DNA of 64,000 nucleotides from Trichodelitschia bisporula. Taxonomy: Eukaryota. The stretch spans positions 1-64,000 of the forward strand of contig ML996697.1 in assembly GCA_010356995.1 (NCBI GenBank), given 5' to 3'. The translations under genes and the position numbers were made by a program. Positions 26,155-37,668 of this stretch are shown here, piece after piece. Under the pieces are notes generated by a model. It searched no databases and had not been told where the DNA came from. It worked only from the letters and a program-made list of their open reading frames with translations. Numbering within the stretch: position 1 is the stretch's first letter; the number at the start of each line of letters is the position of its first letter.

Positions 26155-26754
26155 ATGTCCCGCCTCGCACCCCTCCTCCTCGCCCTCCGCCGTCTCCCCA
26201 GCAAAACACCCCCCCAGCACCACCCCCTCCCCCCACCCCCTCCCGTGCCGTCCTCCTCCTCCCCGAACTCCTCGAGCAAATCCTCCTCTTCCTCCCCCCG
26301 CGCCGCGCGCTCACCCTCCAGCACGTATGCACAACCTGGCGCGACGTCGTGCTCTCCTCGCCGCGGCTGCAGTGCGGGTTGTTCATGCGCCCTACTACGC
26401 CGGGTGCGTGCGCTGCGGTATGAGAGTGGGGAGAAGATTGCGCTGAGTCGGGCTGCTAGGTCTAGGTTTCGAAAGACGGAGGCGTCGTGTCTGCAGATGC
26501 AGCTTGCTGATCCGCCGGTTAAGTCGGTGGTTGTGCGGTTGTCAGACGACGGGCGCATGAGGGCGCACTTCGCGGACGTGGACGGCGTGCGCATGGGGCC
26601 GGTGCTCGAGGCAGTAAAGCCGCTATTGACGCATATCAATTAGCAGGTCCTGCATTTCAGCAGGGACGACCGATTCGTGGATCCCGAGAGGCGCAATGTG
26701 ATTGAGATTGAGTTTTATGGGGACAGCGATGGTGGGTTTGTGAAATGGCTTTGA
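26155..26754 (+). pseudogene. Disrupted F-box gene paralogue (copy 1)
   Basis: Starts MSRLAPLLLALRR; the F-box segment (AVLLLPELLEQILLFLP...VCTTW) is out of frame; the frame is restored for MQLADPPVKSV...HFADVDGVR; in-frame TAG at 26641, with homologous EFYGDSDGG beyond it. Confidence 0.8.
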
Positions 26755-26790
26755 GCGCTAAGAGGCTGATGGGATTAGAATGATCAGGTA

Positions 26791-26831
26791 ATCTGAAGGT
26801 CACCCGTTCGATCCAGGCAAGCCGCATTTTT
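26791..26831 (+). pseudogene. Duplicated 3' exon of tRNA-Phe (B-box and oligo-T retained, no 5' half)
   Basis: atctgaaggtcacccgttcgatccaggcaagccgcattttt matches 24691-24731 with 2 substitutions. Confidence 0.9.
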
Positions 26832-28494
26832 GTGGCGACTACTTGGGCTGGTGGATTGTCTTGTCCGGCGGGTGTTTGCCTGGCGGCATCGGATGTTTGT
26901 AGTACGTGGGGATTTTGGGTTTGAAGGGCCGCAGTCGGGTTGATAGACGGATCACGGGACGGATTACGGGACGACTTGATGGTAATATACCTGCCGACCA
27001 GATTCTTAGACAGTTCATTTTGATATGATAGCCGTATGGCGTAAGCTGAGGAGCGAGGATACTCCTGGAGGACGGATATAGGATGAGGTGAGCTGCGAAG
27101 CGGGCGACATGGAAAATGCTCCCGTCCAGCGGGATGTACAAACCGTGAGCGGACACCAGCCTGACTCTCGCGATATAACTCGCCGGGAGTCGTTGCTCTA
27201 TTCCACGGAACATCATCGCTTGAGATACTGGGGATAATGAGTCGTTGAAACGGCCAAGGCTGTAGATTCGCCTGCCCAGGCCAAGGTTGGCTGTCAACCT
27301 GGTTGGTGGGTTTTCCGGGGTGGTGGGATAGTGAGGAGGGGTTTGGCGGAGGTTGTTATTATTTGATGCTTGCTGGTCGGGATGATGACGATGTCAGTGC
27401 GATTGTGAGGACTGGAACTAGTCTACGAGTAGTGCGGATGATGCACGTCTGGTACGATGGTTAGCTTTATGCCTGTGCTCGGCATGGCGAAGCTGAACCC
27501 CCTTTACCACCCTCTCACCAATGCCATTCGGCCGGGAAGCGCGCAATGTCGGTCCGATATCAAAGGCCGAGTCCGCTTCGGCCTTACTCGGCCGTTACAG
27601 AATCCGGAGAATTCCAAAAGCTAAACATATCCCACCTAATATGGTAAGGGCCGTCGTGAACTGGCCTTAAGAAAGGCTAGTGCTAGTTGCGGGACAACGG
27701 TCGACGGTGTCAACGGGGGGAAGAGGGGGTATATATGCTATTATATCGCTCAACTGACAGCGGTACCGCATGTAGGTGCGCGGGGTTGTTCGCCCGTAAT
27801 GCTTTGCTTTTCCTCCCTTGCGTGGGGGGGGGTTTTGAGTTGCTAGCCGCGTTCAGTGCCTTTGAAATTCAAAATTCGGACTGGACATCAGTTCCAAACC
27901 CATCACTCTTTGCCGGCATCGTAATTCGCGAAAACAAACCCCCTATCCCCTCTCCCAAGCCCGCTACCGTACTGCACGACATGTCGGAGTCATCCCCGCC
28001 CACCGTATGCACGAACAGACATACCCGCATCCCCGACCCGAATCCTTCAGCCCACATCGCCCCCCAAGAAGCGCGACTCGCCCATTCTCGTACGGTGTCG
28101 AACATCGATATGTATCACCACGACTCGCCCCAACGGCCGTGCCCCTGCTGTCGCCTCAGTAACCCACGCAACGACACAGCGCAGGGACCCCGCCCAGCCC
28201 GCCCAGTACCACGAGTCAGCCGCCCCTGCCTTCTCGCAATCTTCCATGCATCCTTCTAGAAGAACTGTCAAGATGCGCCATCAGCCTTGGAGTGTTTGGA
28301 ATGGCGATGTTGGGCAGGTTGCGCGATTCAGTGCGGTAGGGCGGCGGATTATGTAGGTGCCCTGAGGGTAGGTTGGCAGACATGCTACGTGCGAGCTTGG
28401 GGCAGCGTCATAGTTCCGCGGGAGAGAGCTCGAGCGGGCGGTATATAGTTCTATCCACCCCCCGCCCCTCCTCTTCTCGGTATATCGAACGGCA

Positions 28495-29157
28495 ATGTCC
28501 CGCCTCAAACCCCTCCTCCTCGCCCTCCGCCGCCGCCCCAAAACACCCCCCCCAGCATACACAACAGCGTCCCACGCCGTCCTCCTCCTCCCTGAACTCC
28601 TGGAGCTCATCCTCCTCGCCCTCCCTCCGCGCCGCGCACTCATCCTCCAGCGCGTATGCACCACCTGGCGCGCCGTGCTGTCCTCTTCGCCTTCCCTCCA
28701 ACGGGTGCTTTTCCTGCGCCCCACGGCGCCGTGCCGCTTCAGTTTTGTCTCCCGCGGGGAGGCGCCGCGCGTGAATCACTTGCTGGATACAGTGCTCGCG
28801 CGGTCAGGCCTGGTGCCCAAGCCCGGCGCCGAGGGATGGACGCCCTGCGCCGCGGGGCCGCACGTGCGCGCGCGCCGGTACGCGCTGGCGGAGACGAGGG
28901 AGTTAAATCGAGCGCTTGTCCGCCGCACCAGCGCGTCGTTCCGGGACATGCAGCTCGCGGACCCACCCGTCAAATCGGTGCGGGTGCGGATAAGCGGGGA
29001 GCGCGAGGGACTGCACTTTGCTGATGTGGAGGGGGTGAGGGTGGGGCCGGTGCGGGATGCGGTGGGGGAGTTGTTGGTGCGGATTATGCTGAAATGGGAT
29101 TGGGAGGGGAGGTATGGGGTTGTTGTGGAGTTTTATGGGGATCGGGATGGTGGGTGA
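28495..29157 (+). CDS. F-box domain protein, 220 aa (copy 2, intact)
   Basis: VLLLPELLELILLALP..LILQRVCTTWRAVL..SP.LQR.LFL is a typical fungal F-box; upstream TATA-like gtatatag at ~28441. Confidence 0.85.
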   Translation: MSRLKPLLLALRRRPKTPPPAYTTASHAVLLLPELLELILLALPPRRALILQRVCTTWRAVLSSSPSLQRVLFLRPTAPCRFSFVSRGEAPRVNHLLDTVLARSGLVPKPGAEGWTPCAAGPHVRARRYALAETRELNRALVRRTSASFRDMQLADPPVKSVRVRISGEREGLHFADVEGVRVGPVRDAVGELLVRIMLKWDWEGRYGVVVEFYGDRDGG

Positions 29158-29198
29158 TATTGGTATTTTGCAGTGTGTGGGCTGACGAGACAGGGTGA

Positions 29199-30350
29199 TC
29201 AGGACCGGCTGTTTCTGGAGCGCTTTTCGGCGCGCGGACTCGCGGTGCTGCCGCGCCGCTTGGGTGCGCGCGTGCCCGTCATTTCGACGTCGGTGTCTGC
29301 GGGGCGCCATTGCTTTACGGTCCCGTCTTCGCCGCAGGAGAAAATGGCAGCCTCGGACGCGAAGATATCGCGCACGATCTCGCCCCCGTGGGCGCCGACC
29401 AGGCGGCGCGTTTTCTTGGGGCGGAAGGACCAGGCATCTTCGCGCTTCTTGAGGGGGATGAGCTCGACGAGGGGATCGGCGGAGTGCCGCCCGACGGCCA
29501 GGAACGGGTGCCGCGTGGAATACGCCCCGATAGCGTACTCGCAATTCAGAGGCTCGCGCACGTCACCGAAGTGCGTGGGCTGCGGGTCCGCGGCGTCGAG
29601 GTCGGGGCTTTGGAGGGCGTACAGCGAGAACGTCTCATCCGTACCGAGGCCGTAGATATCCCCCCCAATCAAACCGGCGTGGTGGAGGGCAGAGCGGTGA
29701 TTCACAACCTGGAACACCGCATCGTCCTCCTCCGCCACCGCCGTGTCAAAAATGTTGATAAGCCCATCCGTGCTCGCGCTCAGCAGCAGCGTCTCCGACC
29801 CCGCATTTGGCACAAACCGCAGCTCCGTAATCGTATCCGTGTGACTCTCCTCATAAATCAACCGCGGCGCGTCCGGCTTGCGCGCATCCCACCCCAGCAC
29901 CCGCACATCCCCCGGCCCATTGCCCTCCAACTCCGTCCCCGCGACCACAGTGTGCAGCCCATAGTCCGCCGCCAGCGCAGACAGGGCCTCGCGCTTCGGA
30001 TTGCGGAATTCGAGGGCCGCGCAGCGGGAGCGCAGATCCCAGCCGCGGACGCGACCGTCGCGGCCTGCGGTTAGGAAGATGTTGGCGTCGGCGGCGGTGG
30101 GGGCGAAGCGCGTGAGGCAGGTTACGCTGGTGTGGATGTTGGCGTAGACGCCGTCGGGGCGGAGGGCGAGGGTCTCCGGGTCGAAGATGCGGAGGGAGTT
30201 GTCGGAGCTTATTACGGCGAGGCGGGAGGTGGGGGTGAGGGAGTGGGCGTCGGTGCGGGGAGAGACTTGGGGAGCGGTGGTGGCGAAGGTGTAGATGTAG
30301 GAGTCGGGGGGGAGATGGAGGTCGGAGGAGGCTGTTTGGTGGTACTCCAT
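29199..30350 (-). CDS. WD40-repeat protein, WDR89-like
   Basis: Motifs TAGRDG.VRGWDLR, ESHTDTITELRF, LLSASTDGLINIFD, AHGGEIVR and SCGEDG.VKQW. Confidence 0.85.
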   Translation of the reverse strand: MEYHQTASSDLHLPPDSYIYTFATTAPQVSPRTDAHSLTPTSRLAVISSDNSLRIFDPETLALRPDGVYANIHTSVTCLTRFAPTAADANIFLTAGRDGRVRGWDLRSRCAALEFRNPKREALSALAADYGLHTVVAGTELEGNGPGDVRVLGWDARKPDAPRLIYEESHTDTITELRFVPNAGSETLLLSASTDGLINIFDTAVAEEDDAVFQVVNHRSALHHAGLIGGDIYGLGTDETFSLYALQSPDLDAADPQPTHFGDVREPLNCEYAIGAYSTRHPFLAVGRHSADPLVELIPLKKREDAWSFRPKKTRRLVGAHGGEIVRDIFASEAAIFSCGEDGTVKQWRPADTDVEMTGTRAPKRRGSTASPRAEKRSRNSRS

Positions 30351-30536
30351 GGCGGCATAGAGCGAAGTGAGTGACGTGAGTTGGGTGACGGTTGAGCTGC
30401 GAAAAGTTGCGATAAAAGTTCACGATGTGTGGCTAGGATGTGGCTTGCGGCGGGATAACATTAATCCGGTCAGGCTGACTTCCTCCTGCCGGAGCTCTAC
30501 AAAGTTCCCCGCATCACCAACCGACGGCGCACCACC

Positions 30537-32003
30537 ATGGACGATCCCGAGCAATCGCAGCTCTTCCTCGAGCGCCTGGCCGACAACAAACCCGTTGTTA
30601 AAGGTACGCCAGCTAGCTTAGAAGCGGCGCAGCTGCTGACCGCCAGAACTCCCCAAGCTCGATCTCGAGACGATTGCTGCGAACTATGCGGGCCCAGTCC
30701 GCATCCTCAGGCTCGAATGCATCGCCAATACCTCTCCCATCCTCTCCCGCGAGGCCTTCCGGCTCGCCATCCTGCAGGCGCGTGAGGGCATGAATGTGCC
30801 GCTCTACCTGCAGCTCGTAGGCCAGTTCGCCAAGCTGGACCCCACGCACGAGCTCGCGACGGTGGACACGGCGTGGGTAGAGGAGCGGCGCAAGAAGATC
30901 AAGAGCGAGGGCGACACACTCGAGGCGGAACTCAAAGCGTACAAGAACAACCTCATCAAGGAGAGCATCCGCATGGCCAACGAGGACCTGGGCAATTTCT
31001 ACCTTTCGACTGGCAGCCTAACCGAGGCGTACCAGTCCTTCCATCGCATGCGCGAGTTCTGCACCACGAGCAAGCACATTGCTGAAATGGCTATGAAGAT
31101 GATATACGTGGCTATCCTGCAGCGGAATTGGTCGGCGGTTAACACCCACCGTGCGAAGATCTTAGGCTTGCCGCTCAAGGACGACGAGCGGGCCAAGTAC
31201 GAACCAGTACTGCAGGCATGTCTGGGGCTATCGAAAATGGCCCGCGGCGAATATCATCTCGCCTCCGAGGCCTTCCGTCAGGTGGGCCAGGCGTACACTG
31301 TGGCCGAGCCTTTGGGTGGTATCACATTCCAGACACACGTCCTGACACCCAACGACGTGGCCATATACGGCACTTTGTGCGCGCTGTGGAGATTTTCACG
31401 CGACAGCCTGCGGAGATCCATGTTGGAAAATCCCAAATTCCGGCCGTTGCTGGAGCTAGAGCCGCAGCTGCGGCGCGCAATGACCCAGATCACCATGTGC
31501 AAGTACAGCGCGGGGCTGGCGATTATTGACAGCTACATGCCCGACTTCATGCTGGACATGTACCTGCAACCTCACGCGAAAGACATCTACGACGGGATGC
31601 GGCAGGCGTGCATCACGGAGTGGACGGCTGCGTTCAGCGTCGTCACGCTCGACGAGCTGGCATCCGTATTCCCGCCGCGCGACCGCACCCTCGTGGAGGA
31701 GATCGAGGCGATGATTGAAGATGATGCACTCAACCTTATGAGGATTGACCTTGTCGACCGGGTATGCACGTCTCTTGTGGTTATGCTTCTACTAACCATT
31801 AACAGACGCTTGTGTGGGGGCATGGGGGGCATAACTCCACGATGGGCAGTGCCCGCCGTTGCCGCCATATCAGCCTTCAGCGCTCTATCGGCGAGGCGAA
31901 GAAGGCAGAGCACGAGCTGCGCCTACGCCTGCTCCGTCTCAACATGCAAGCGGCGGATCTGGTGCTGAAGGGTAGTCCGAACCCTATACGCAAGCAGAAT
32001 TAG
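30537..32003 (+). CDS. CSN1: COP9 signalosome subunit 1 (CSN1/GPS1; RPN7 and PCI domains)
   Basis: Motifs PKLDLE...ANY.G, LE.ELK.YKNNLIKESIRMA.EDLG, RMREFCT and NDVAIYG.LCAL; introns ~30604-30646 and ~31762-31806. Confidence 0.9.
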
Positions 32004-32152
32004 CTGTTCGATTGACGACGGAAGATCATGAGCAGATCACGGAGGCATGAGTAGATGAGGCGTTTGGAGTGCGGCATCAAATAGACGGAAACCATTATCC
32101 CACAGAAATCAAATTACAAACTTTTAACTACGGACCGTACTAGTTCTGGCAT

Positions 32153-33667
32153 CTAGACACCGCCTTTCTCCGGCGGCGACGCTGCCCGCTCAGCCTGCAT
32201 GCTCATGCGCTGCTCAAACCCCATCTCCGTCTTCGCCACCAGCTCCGCGCGGATCCTTGTCTCCGACCGCTGCGCCCACACCGGATACGCGCTCTGCGAC
32301 AACGGGAACAGCACCCTGTTCGCAGGATGGCGTATATACGCCGCAGCACGGGGCCGGCGGCGCGCCGCAATGATATCGATTTCGACGGCGATTTGCTGGC
32401 AGAAGTGGTCGAGCGGCAAGTCGTTGACGTCGTTGCCGAAGGGATTCTCGATCTCGCGGCCGATGAGCAGGATGCCGAGGATTATGTAGGCGGCGATTAC
32501 GCTCCCTGGGATCGTGACCCAGCCGAGGGCTTTGTAGAGTTGGAAGGGGAGGGAGAGGATGTAGACCCAGGTTACTTGCGCGATGGATATGGAGTAGGCG
32601 ACGGGGAGGGGGGTGTTGAGGATGCGGTCTGTGCCGGTGAGGACGTCGTTTAGGGCGGCGATGTTGTTGTCTGTGGGTTCGCGGTCAGTCAGATCATAAA
32701 ATTAAGAGAAGCAACTTACAAGCAAGCGTCAGATGCATCGGCGTCTTCAACTGCCCATTCTCCACCACCTCATCCATGTAACTTGCAAGGTAACTCAAAA
32801 TCTCCAACGGCAAGTTCCCCAGCGGCTTCTTACTCCGCTTAATAACCTTCCGCGGATTCGACTCCGCAAACGACACACCCAAATACTCGCCAATTGCCTT
32901 AACGCTGCTCTTCCGCGGCGGATCACACGAGCCTGGTTCCGTGGCCGACTGCGCAAACGTCTCAAGATGCTGCACTAGGCCCTCGAGATCGTCGTACCCG
33001 GTGTACGGCTCAAAGCGCAGGCGATGCTTCAGCGCGACCGCAAACGCAACGATCAGATTCAGGCCCGTCATTTTCGCCAGCAGGTCCTCCTTGCGCTGCT
33101 CCTCGCGCTCCGCGGTGTGGATCCAGATAACCCGGGCCAGCGCGTGCGACGCCGTCATGAGCTGGGTCCAGAACTTGCGGCCCTCGTTGTAGCGCTCATA
33201 CGCGGTCGAAGAACGAAACGACAGGCCCAAACCGACCACGAAGCCTAGGACGGTGAGGAGCAGGCTGTTGATGCCTAGGTTGAAGACGAAGGTGCTGATG
33301 CAGGTTATGGCAGTCGACCAGCCGGCGACGAAGATCAGGGGCAGGATCATCTCGGGGAGGATGCTGCCGTGCATTTGCATGAAGATGGGCCATTTGGAGT
33401 GCTTGCTTGTGTCGCGGGGACCGACCTGTCATCGGTTTAGAGGGGGAGAGGCAGGGGGAGAGGAGGGAGGGGTGGACTTACGAAGTAGTCGTCGACGTCG
33501 AGACTTGTGTTTTTGCGGCTCCAGGGGTGGGTGCCGCGGACGGGGGACGGGGGGCTGTCGTCGAAGTGCACCTTGTCGGAATCGCTGGAGGCGCGCGGTG
33601 TCTTCTGCGGCGTGAGAGGGGCCTTCGGGGCCGCGACATTGACCTCTGCGTGAGCTTCTTCGCCCAT
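32153..33667 (-). CDS. Bestrophin/UPF0187 family channel protein
   Basis: LLTVLGFVVGLGLSFRSSTAYERY.EGRK.W, NLPLEIL, then RILNTPLPVAYSI and IGREIENPFGNDVNDLPLD in the last exon; introns ~33427-33481 and ~32671-32719. Confidence 0.9.
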
Positions 33668-34955
33668 TGTGACGGTATTTGCTGTACACGAGATCTAATT
33701 GTAAAGGTGAAAGCAAAGAGGGACAATTGCAAAGAAGTGGACCAGCCACAAGAAAAGGCGCTAGATGACGAGGGAGTGCGTGAGTGAAAGAGTGGGTGAG
33801 CAAAACAATTGAGCTTACGCAGGACGCAAACGCGAAGCTCCACGATATATATTCACCCGTTCGTACCATCACCCTGCCAAGGGCGCCGCCAGGGGGCGCT
33901 CCGACCCGCGCCCAGTCCTAGGTGGGCAAGGCAGGGCCAGTGGGGGCCAATGATGAGCGCTAGGAGCACGAGACAAGAGCCGGGGCGAGGGCGGACCCGC
34001 CTGGGCGAGGCTTGGGAGAGGCTGGCTCGGGTTTCATCTCCTGAGTCTTGGGAGTTTCGTTTCGCGTGCTTATGCGTATATTTGCTTGTCAGGGGGACTT
34101 CTGGGAGTCAACGAGTTCATTTTGCGGGGACACTTTTACGCAAGACGGTCTGAGGACGCGCTCATGCGAGGAGTGGGACGCGGGTTCAGGCTGCGATCTC
34201 GCGAGATGTTAGACTTGACGCCGGCTGTGCGTTGGTGCGTTGGAAGCTCGGTTCACTGGAGGCCTGGACGCTGAGATCAGCGCGAGGGACGGCCTGGAGC
34301 TTTGGCGAGTGTTTCTTGGAGACCCACTTCTATTTCGGGTACCACGAACAGGATGCCGAGCCGGAGAGATTGGGGGGAGTGGAGGAGAAGGAATTGGTGA
34401 TGCACGACACTGCAATGGGGAGAATTTGGGGGCCCTATCTGACTGTACCTGAGCAGCGCGTCGTTCAGCTCCGGACGCTTTACTGAGCTGAGTGTGCCGA
34501 TTAAAAATCTCGGCCGTCCTCGTATCCAGTCTGGCAGTGCATCGGATCCCAGTCAAGCTTGGTGTTTCTTGATGTACAAATCCTGGTTCTCATCTCCGGC
34601 GACCGGGCCGCTTCGTGGCTCGGCAAAAGGGCCGCCCCGAACCACGTTTCGACGACCGTTGATCGTCACAGAGCACGCGATAATGGGACGTCGTTAATTT
34701 AAAGCTTCAACTACCCCGCAAAACCCCAACGTTCGAGATCACCAGAAACATCACCATTACAACCGCAGTACCCCTCCGTAGGCCAATGGCGTCTGGTGTG
34801 CGACCTGCACGCCGTTCTTCCGGGATGATCGTCGCGTTCCCGCCAAGCACGCAGCCGAAATCGGCAGACATCGGCCTGCGAAGCCGACATCAAGACTCGC
34901 CGCCCGCCGATGCCTTCTCTTAACATCTCGACCTTGCCTTGTCACCACCGCCCTA

Positions 34956-36612
34956 ATGTTCGGCTCCATGCCGAAGTTCGCGGGCCTCCCGCGGCCAGAC
35001 GACGCCGAGTACGCACTCCTCAGCAAAACAGAAGCAGATGCCAGCGCCGCCGCCCTCGAAGATGTCCCCCTCTCCGCCGCCTCCGAGGCACGGCTGGTGC
35101 GCCGCATCGACCAGCGCATAATGCCATGCCTAATCGCCATGATCGTACTCAACTACCTCGACCGCAACGCTTTGGCCAATGCGCGGGTGCAAGGCATAGA
35201 GGCGGCGCTGGGGATGAGCGGGCTGGAGTTTAATATCGCGATATCCGTGTTCTTTATCGGGTATATCGGATTGCAGGTCCCGTCGAATTTGCTCCTGACC
35301 CGCGTGAGGCCGAGTGTGTACCTGGTGAGTGCATGGGCGTGGTGGGTGTGTGTTCGCCATAGCTGACGAGCTGGCAGCCCGGGTGCATGATCGCGTGGGG
35401 CCTGCTCTCCGGCATGAGCGCCTTTGTGCACGGCTTTAAGGGCCTGATAACCGTGCGATTCTTCCTCGGCATGGTAGAAGCGTAGGTCCACCGCCCTCGC
35501 GCTCAACGAGGCTGAGACAACCAGACCCTTTTTCCCCGGCGCGCTTTTCCTGCTTTCATCGTGGTACACGCGCGAGGAGCTCGCGCTGCGCACGTCGATC
35601 CTGTACTCCGGCAGCTTGGTCTCCGGCGCGTTTGGCGGGTTCGTGGGCGCGGGGATCGAGGCGAATCTGGATGGTGTGTGGGGCGTGGCGAGTTGGCGGT
35701 GGTTGTTTATTGTTGAGGCGATGTGCACCGTAGGGCTGGCTGTTGGAGCGCTGTAAGCCACCCCGTATATGGCAGACAAAAACTGACGAGCAGCTTCATC
35801 CTCCCCGACTACCCACACACAACAAAATTCCTCTCCCCCGACGAACGCACCATCGCCACCTCCCGCATCCAATCCCACAGCGGCTTCGCCGACCGCAAAC
35901 ACGGCTCTCTCCTCACCGGCCTCAAAGCCGCTTTAACAGACTACAAAGTCTGGCTCCTCGCCCTCATCATCGTAACCAAAACCAGCGCCGGCGCCGTCAC
36001 GTCCTTCATCCCCACCCTCGTAGCGACTTTCGGGTTCAGCCGCGTTTCCACGCTCCTCCTCGTCGCACCGCCGTATCTGTTTGCCGCGCTCGTAGCGCTG
36101 GGCGTTTCGTACATGAGTGATCGCAGGGGCGAGCGGGCGTACCATATTGTTATTCCTATGCTAGGTGCGACGGTCGGGTTTGCGGTGGCGGGGAGCACGA
36201 TGGGCTTGGGCGTGCGGTACGTTTCGCTCTTCCTCATGCTCGCGGGGGTGTACGGGAGCTACAACGTCGCTTTGGCGTGGATCTCTTCCACCGTAAGTGG
36301 GTCCCGGAGTCAAGGCTGGACATAGGCGAGTTCTAACGGTGGCAGCTCCCGCACCCGGTGGAAAAGCGCTCGGCTGCGATCGCGATTATCAATACGGTGG
36401 GTAATATGGCGCAGATTTGGTCGCCGTTTTTTTACGCGCAGGGGTACGCGCCGCGGTATGGGTTGGCGATGGGGGCGAATACGCTTTTTTGCCTGGCGTG
36501 TATTGTTGCGACGCTCGTGTTGAGGCGGTGTTTGGTGAGGGAGAATGGGAGGTTGGTGGTTGAGGCTGCGGCGGGGGGGAGGGGGGTGGTTGGGTTTAGA
36601 TATGTGCTTTGA
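34956..36612 (+). CDS. MFS transporter, anion:cation symporter (allantoate/nicotinate permease) family
   Basis: Motifs LVRRID.RIMP, LNYLDRNALANAR, QVPSN, RFFLG.VEAPFFPG..F.LS.WYTR.ELA.R, WRWLF..E and LPDYP; four introns. Confidence 0.92.
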
Positions 36613-36650
36613 GGGGGGGGTGGGTGGGGTGAGGCTGTGATATGCGACTT

Positions 36651-36713
36651 ATGCGGGATGATAACTGGATGCGGGATGATAACAGGATGCGGGATGATAA
36701 CTGGATGACGGAT
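36651..36713. repeat. 18-bp tandem repeat (atgcgggatgataactgg), ~3.5 copies, in the 3' flank
   Basis: Read directly from the sequence. Confidence 0.85.
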
Positions 36714-37011
36714 GAAAATGGATGCCTTGGGATACGAGCTGATGATAAAGAGTAATAGATACCATGGCAACGATGCTTCCTTAAGCTTCTCAGTCCAATG
36801 ATGTCAAAGATGGCATGCCGACTCCGTCGAGGAGATACTATTCAGATGCTCTGGCCAGTATCAATACGACGGCAGACTTCCAGTCTACCACAACAGCATA
36901 TGGTGCTCAATTGGCCCAGACCGAGACAACAACACCTCAAATTCCTCACCATACAGGAGTTGAACCGAGCCCGCACCCGACGAACGGCTTTCAAGACTCA
37001 ATTCCCCTATC

Positions 37012-37668
37012 CTACAAAAATCTCGCCGGCCGCGTCTTCTCCCCCCCCGTCTGAACCTGCACCTTCTCCGGATCCAAATCCTCCAACGTCCTTTCCACAT
37101 CCCTCGCAATCCCCTCCTCACCCGCCTTCCTCGCCGCCCTCCTCCGCTTCCTCGACTGCACACTCTGATCCGCCTCCACATACCCGAGCACTACGCCGCA
37201 ATTAGCACCATCTCTCCCCCCATTATCAGCCCACTTACCCTCCGCCCACTCCCTCTCCCCCACCGGATCCCCCGCCCCAAGCGCCCTCCCCACATCCACC
37301 TCCTCCCCCCTCATAACCCGTCCAATCGTTTCACGGAGCAGCCATATCTTCGCATCCGCGGCCCGTGTGTATGCCACCGTGTCGTTGCGCAGCTGCAGCG
37401 TGTTGATCGCTTGGCTACCGACTAGCATACCGAGGAGGATTATTGTGCTGTAGGGGTTGGAGAGGAAGTTGCGGAGCATGCTCGGTCGGGGGGTGTGTGG
37501 CGTTGGCGTGGAGCGCCGGAGGGCTTTGGGGATGAGGGATGTCCAGAGGGAGGGTTGGACGACGCGGGGGAGCTTTTCGGTGGAAACGTGCCGGGTAGAG
37601 GCCCATGTTAAGGTGCGCAAAGGCGCAGGGCCGGCAAGGAAGCCCGCCGGGCGCAGGAGATGTGACAT
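37012..37668 (-). CDS. DUF5321-like probable mitochondrial membrane protein
   Basis: Presequence-like N-terminus, PS.W.SLIPK, NP....ILLGMLVGSQAI (TM), LLRE.I.RV.RGEEVDV...LG.GD...E.EW; a 48-nt intron at ~37191-37238. Confidence 0.7.
   Translation of the reverse strand: MSHLLRPAGFLAGPAPLRTLTWASTRHVSTEKLPRVVQPSLWTSLIPKALRRSTPTPHTPRPSMLRNFLSNPYSTIILLGMLVGSQAINTLQLRNDTVAYTRAADAKIWLLRETIGRVMRGEEVDVGRALGAGDPVGEREWAEGKWADNGGRDGANCGVVLGYVEADQSVQSRKRRRAARKAGEEGIARDVERTLEDLDPEKVQVQTGGEKTRPARFL

Larger units (their letters stand above)
24691..29157. repeat. Diverged tandem segmental duplication (unit 1 ~24691-26760; unit 2 ~26791-29157)
   Basis: Both units start atctgaaggtcacccgttcgatcc..aagccgcattttt, share collinear blocks (e.g. 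gagtcgttgaaacggcca, aacctggttggtgggttttcc, gatgatgcac.tctggtacgat.gttagc, agaaaggctagt.ctagttgc) and end with paralogous F-box genes. Confidence 0.92.
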
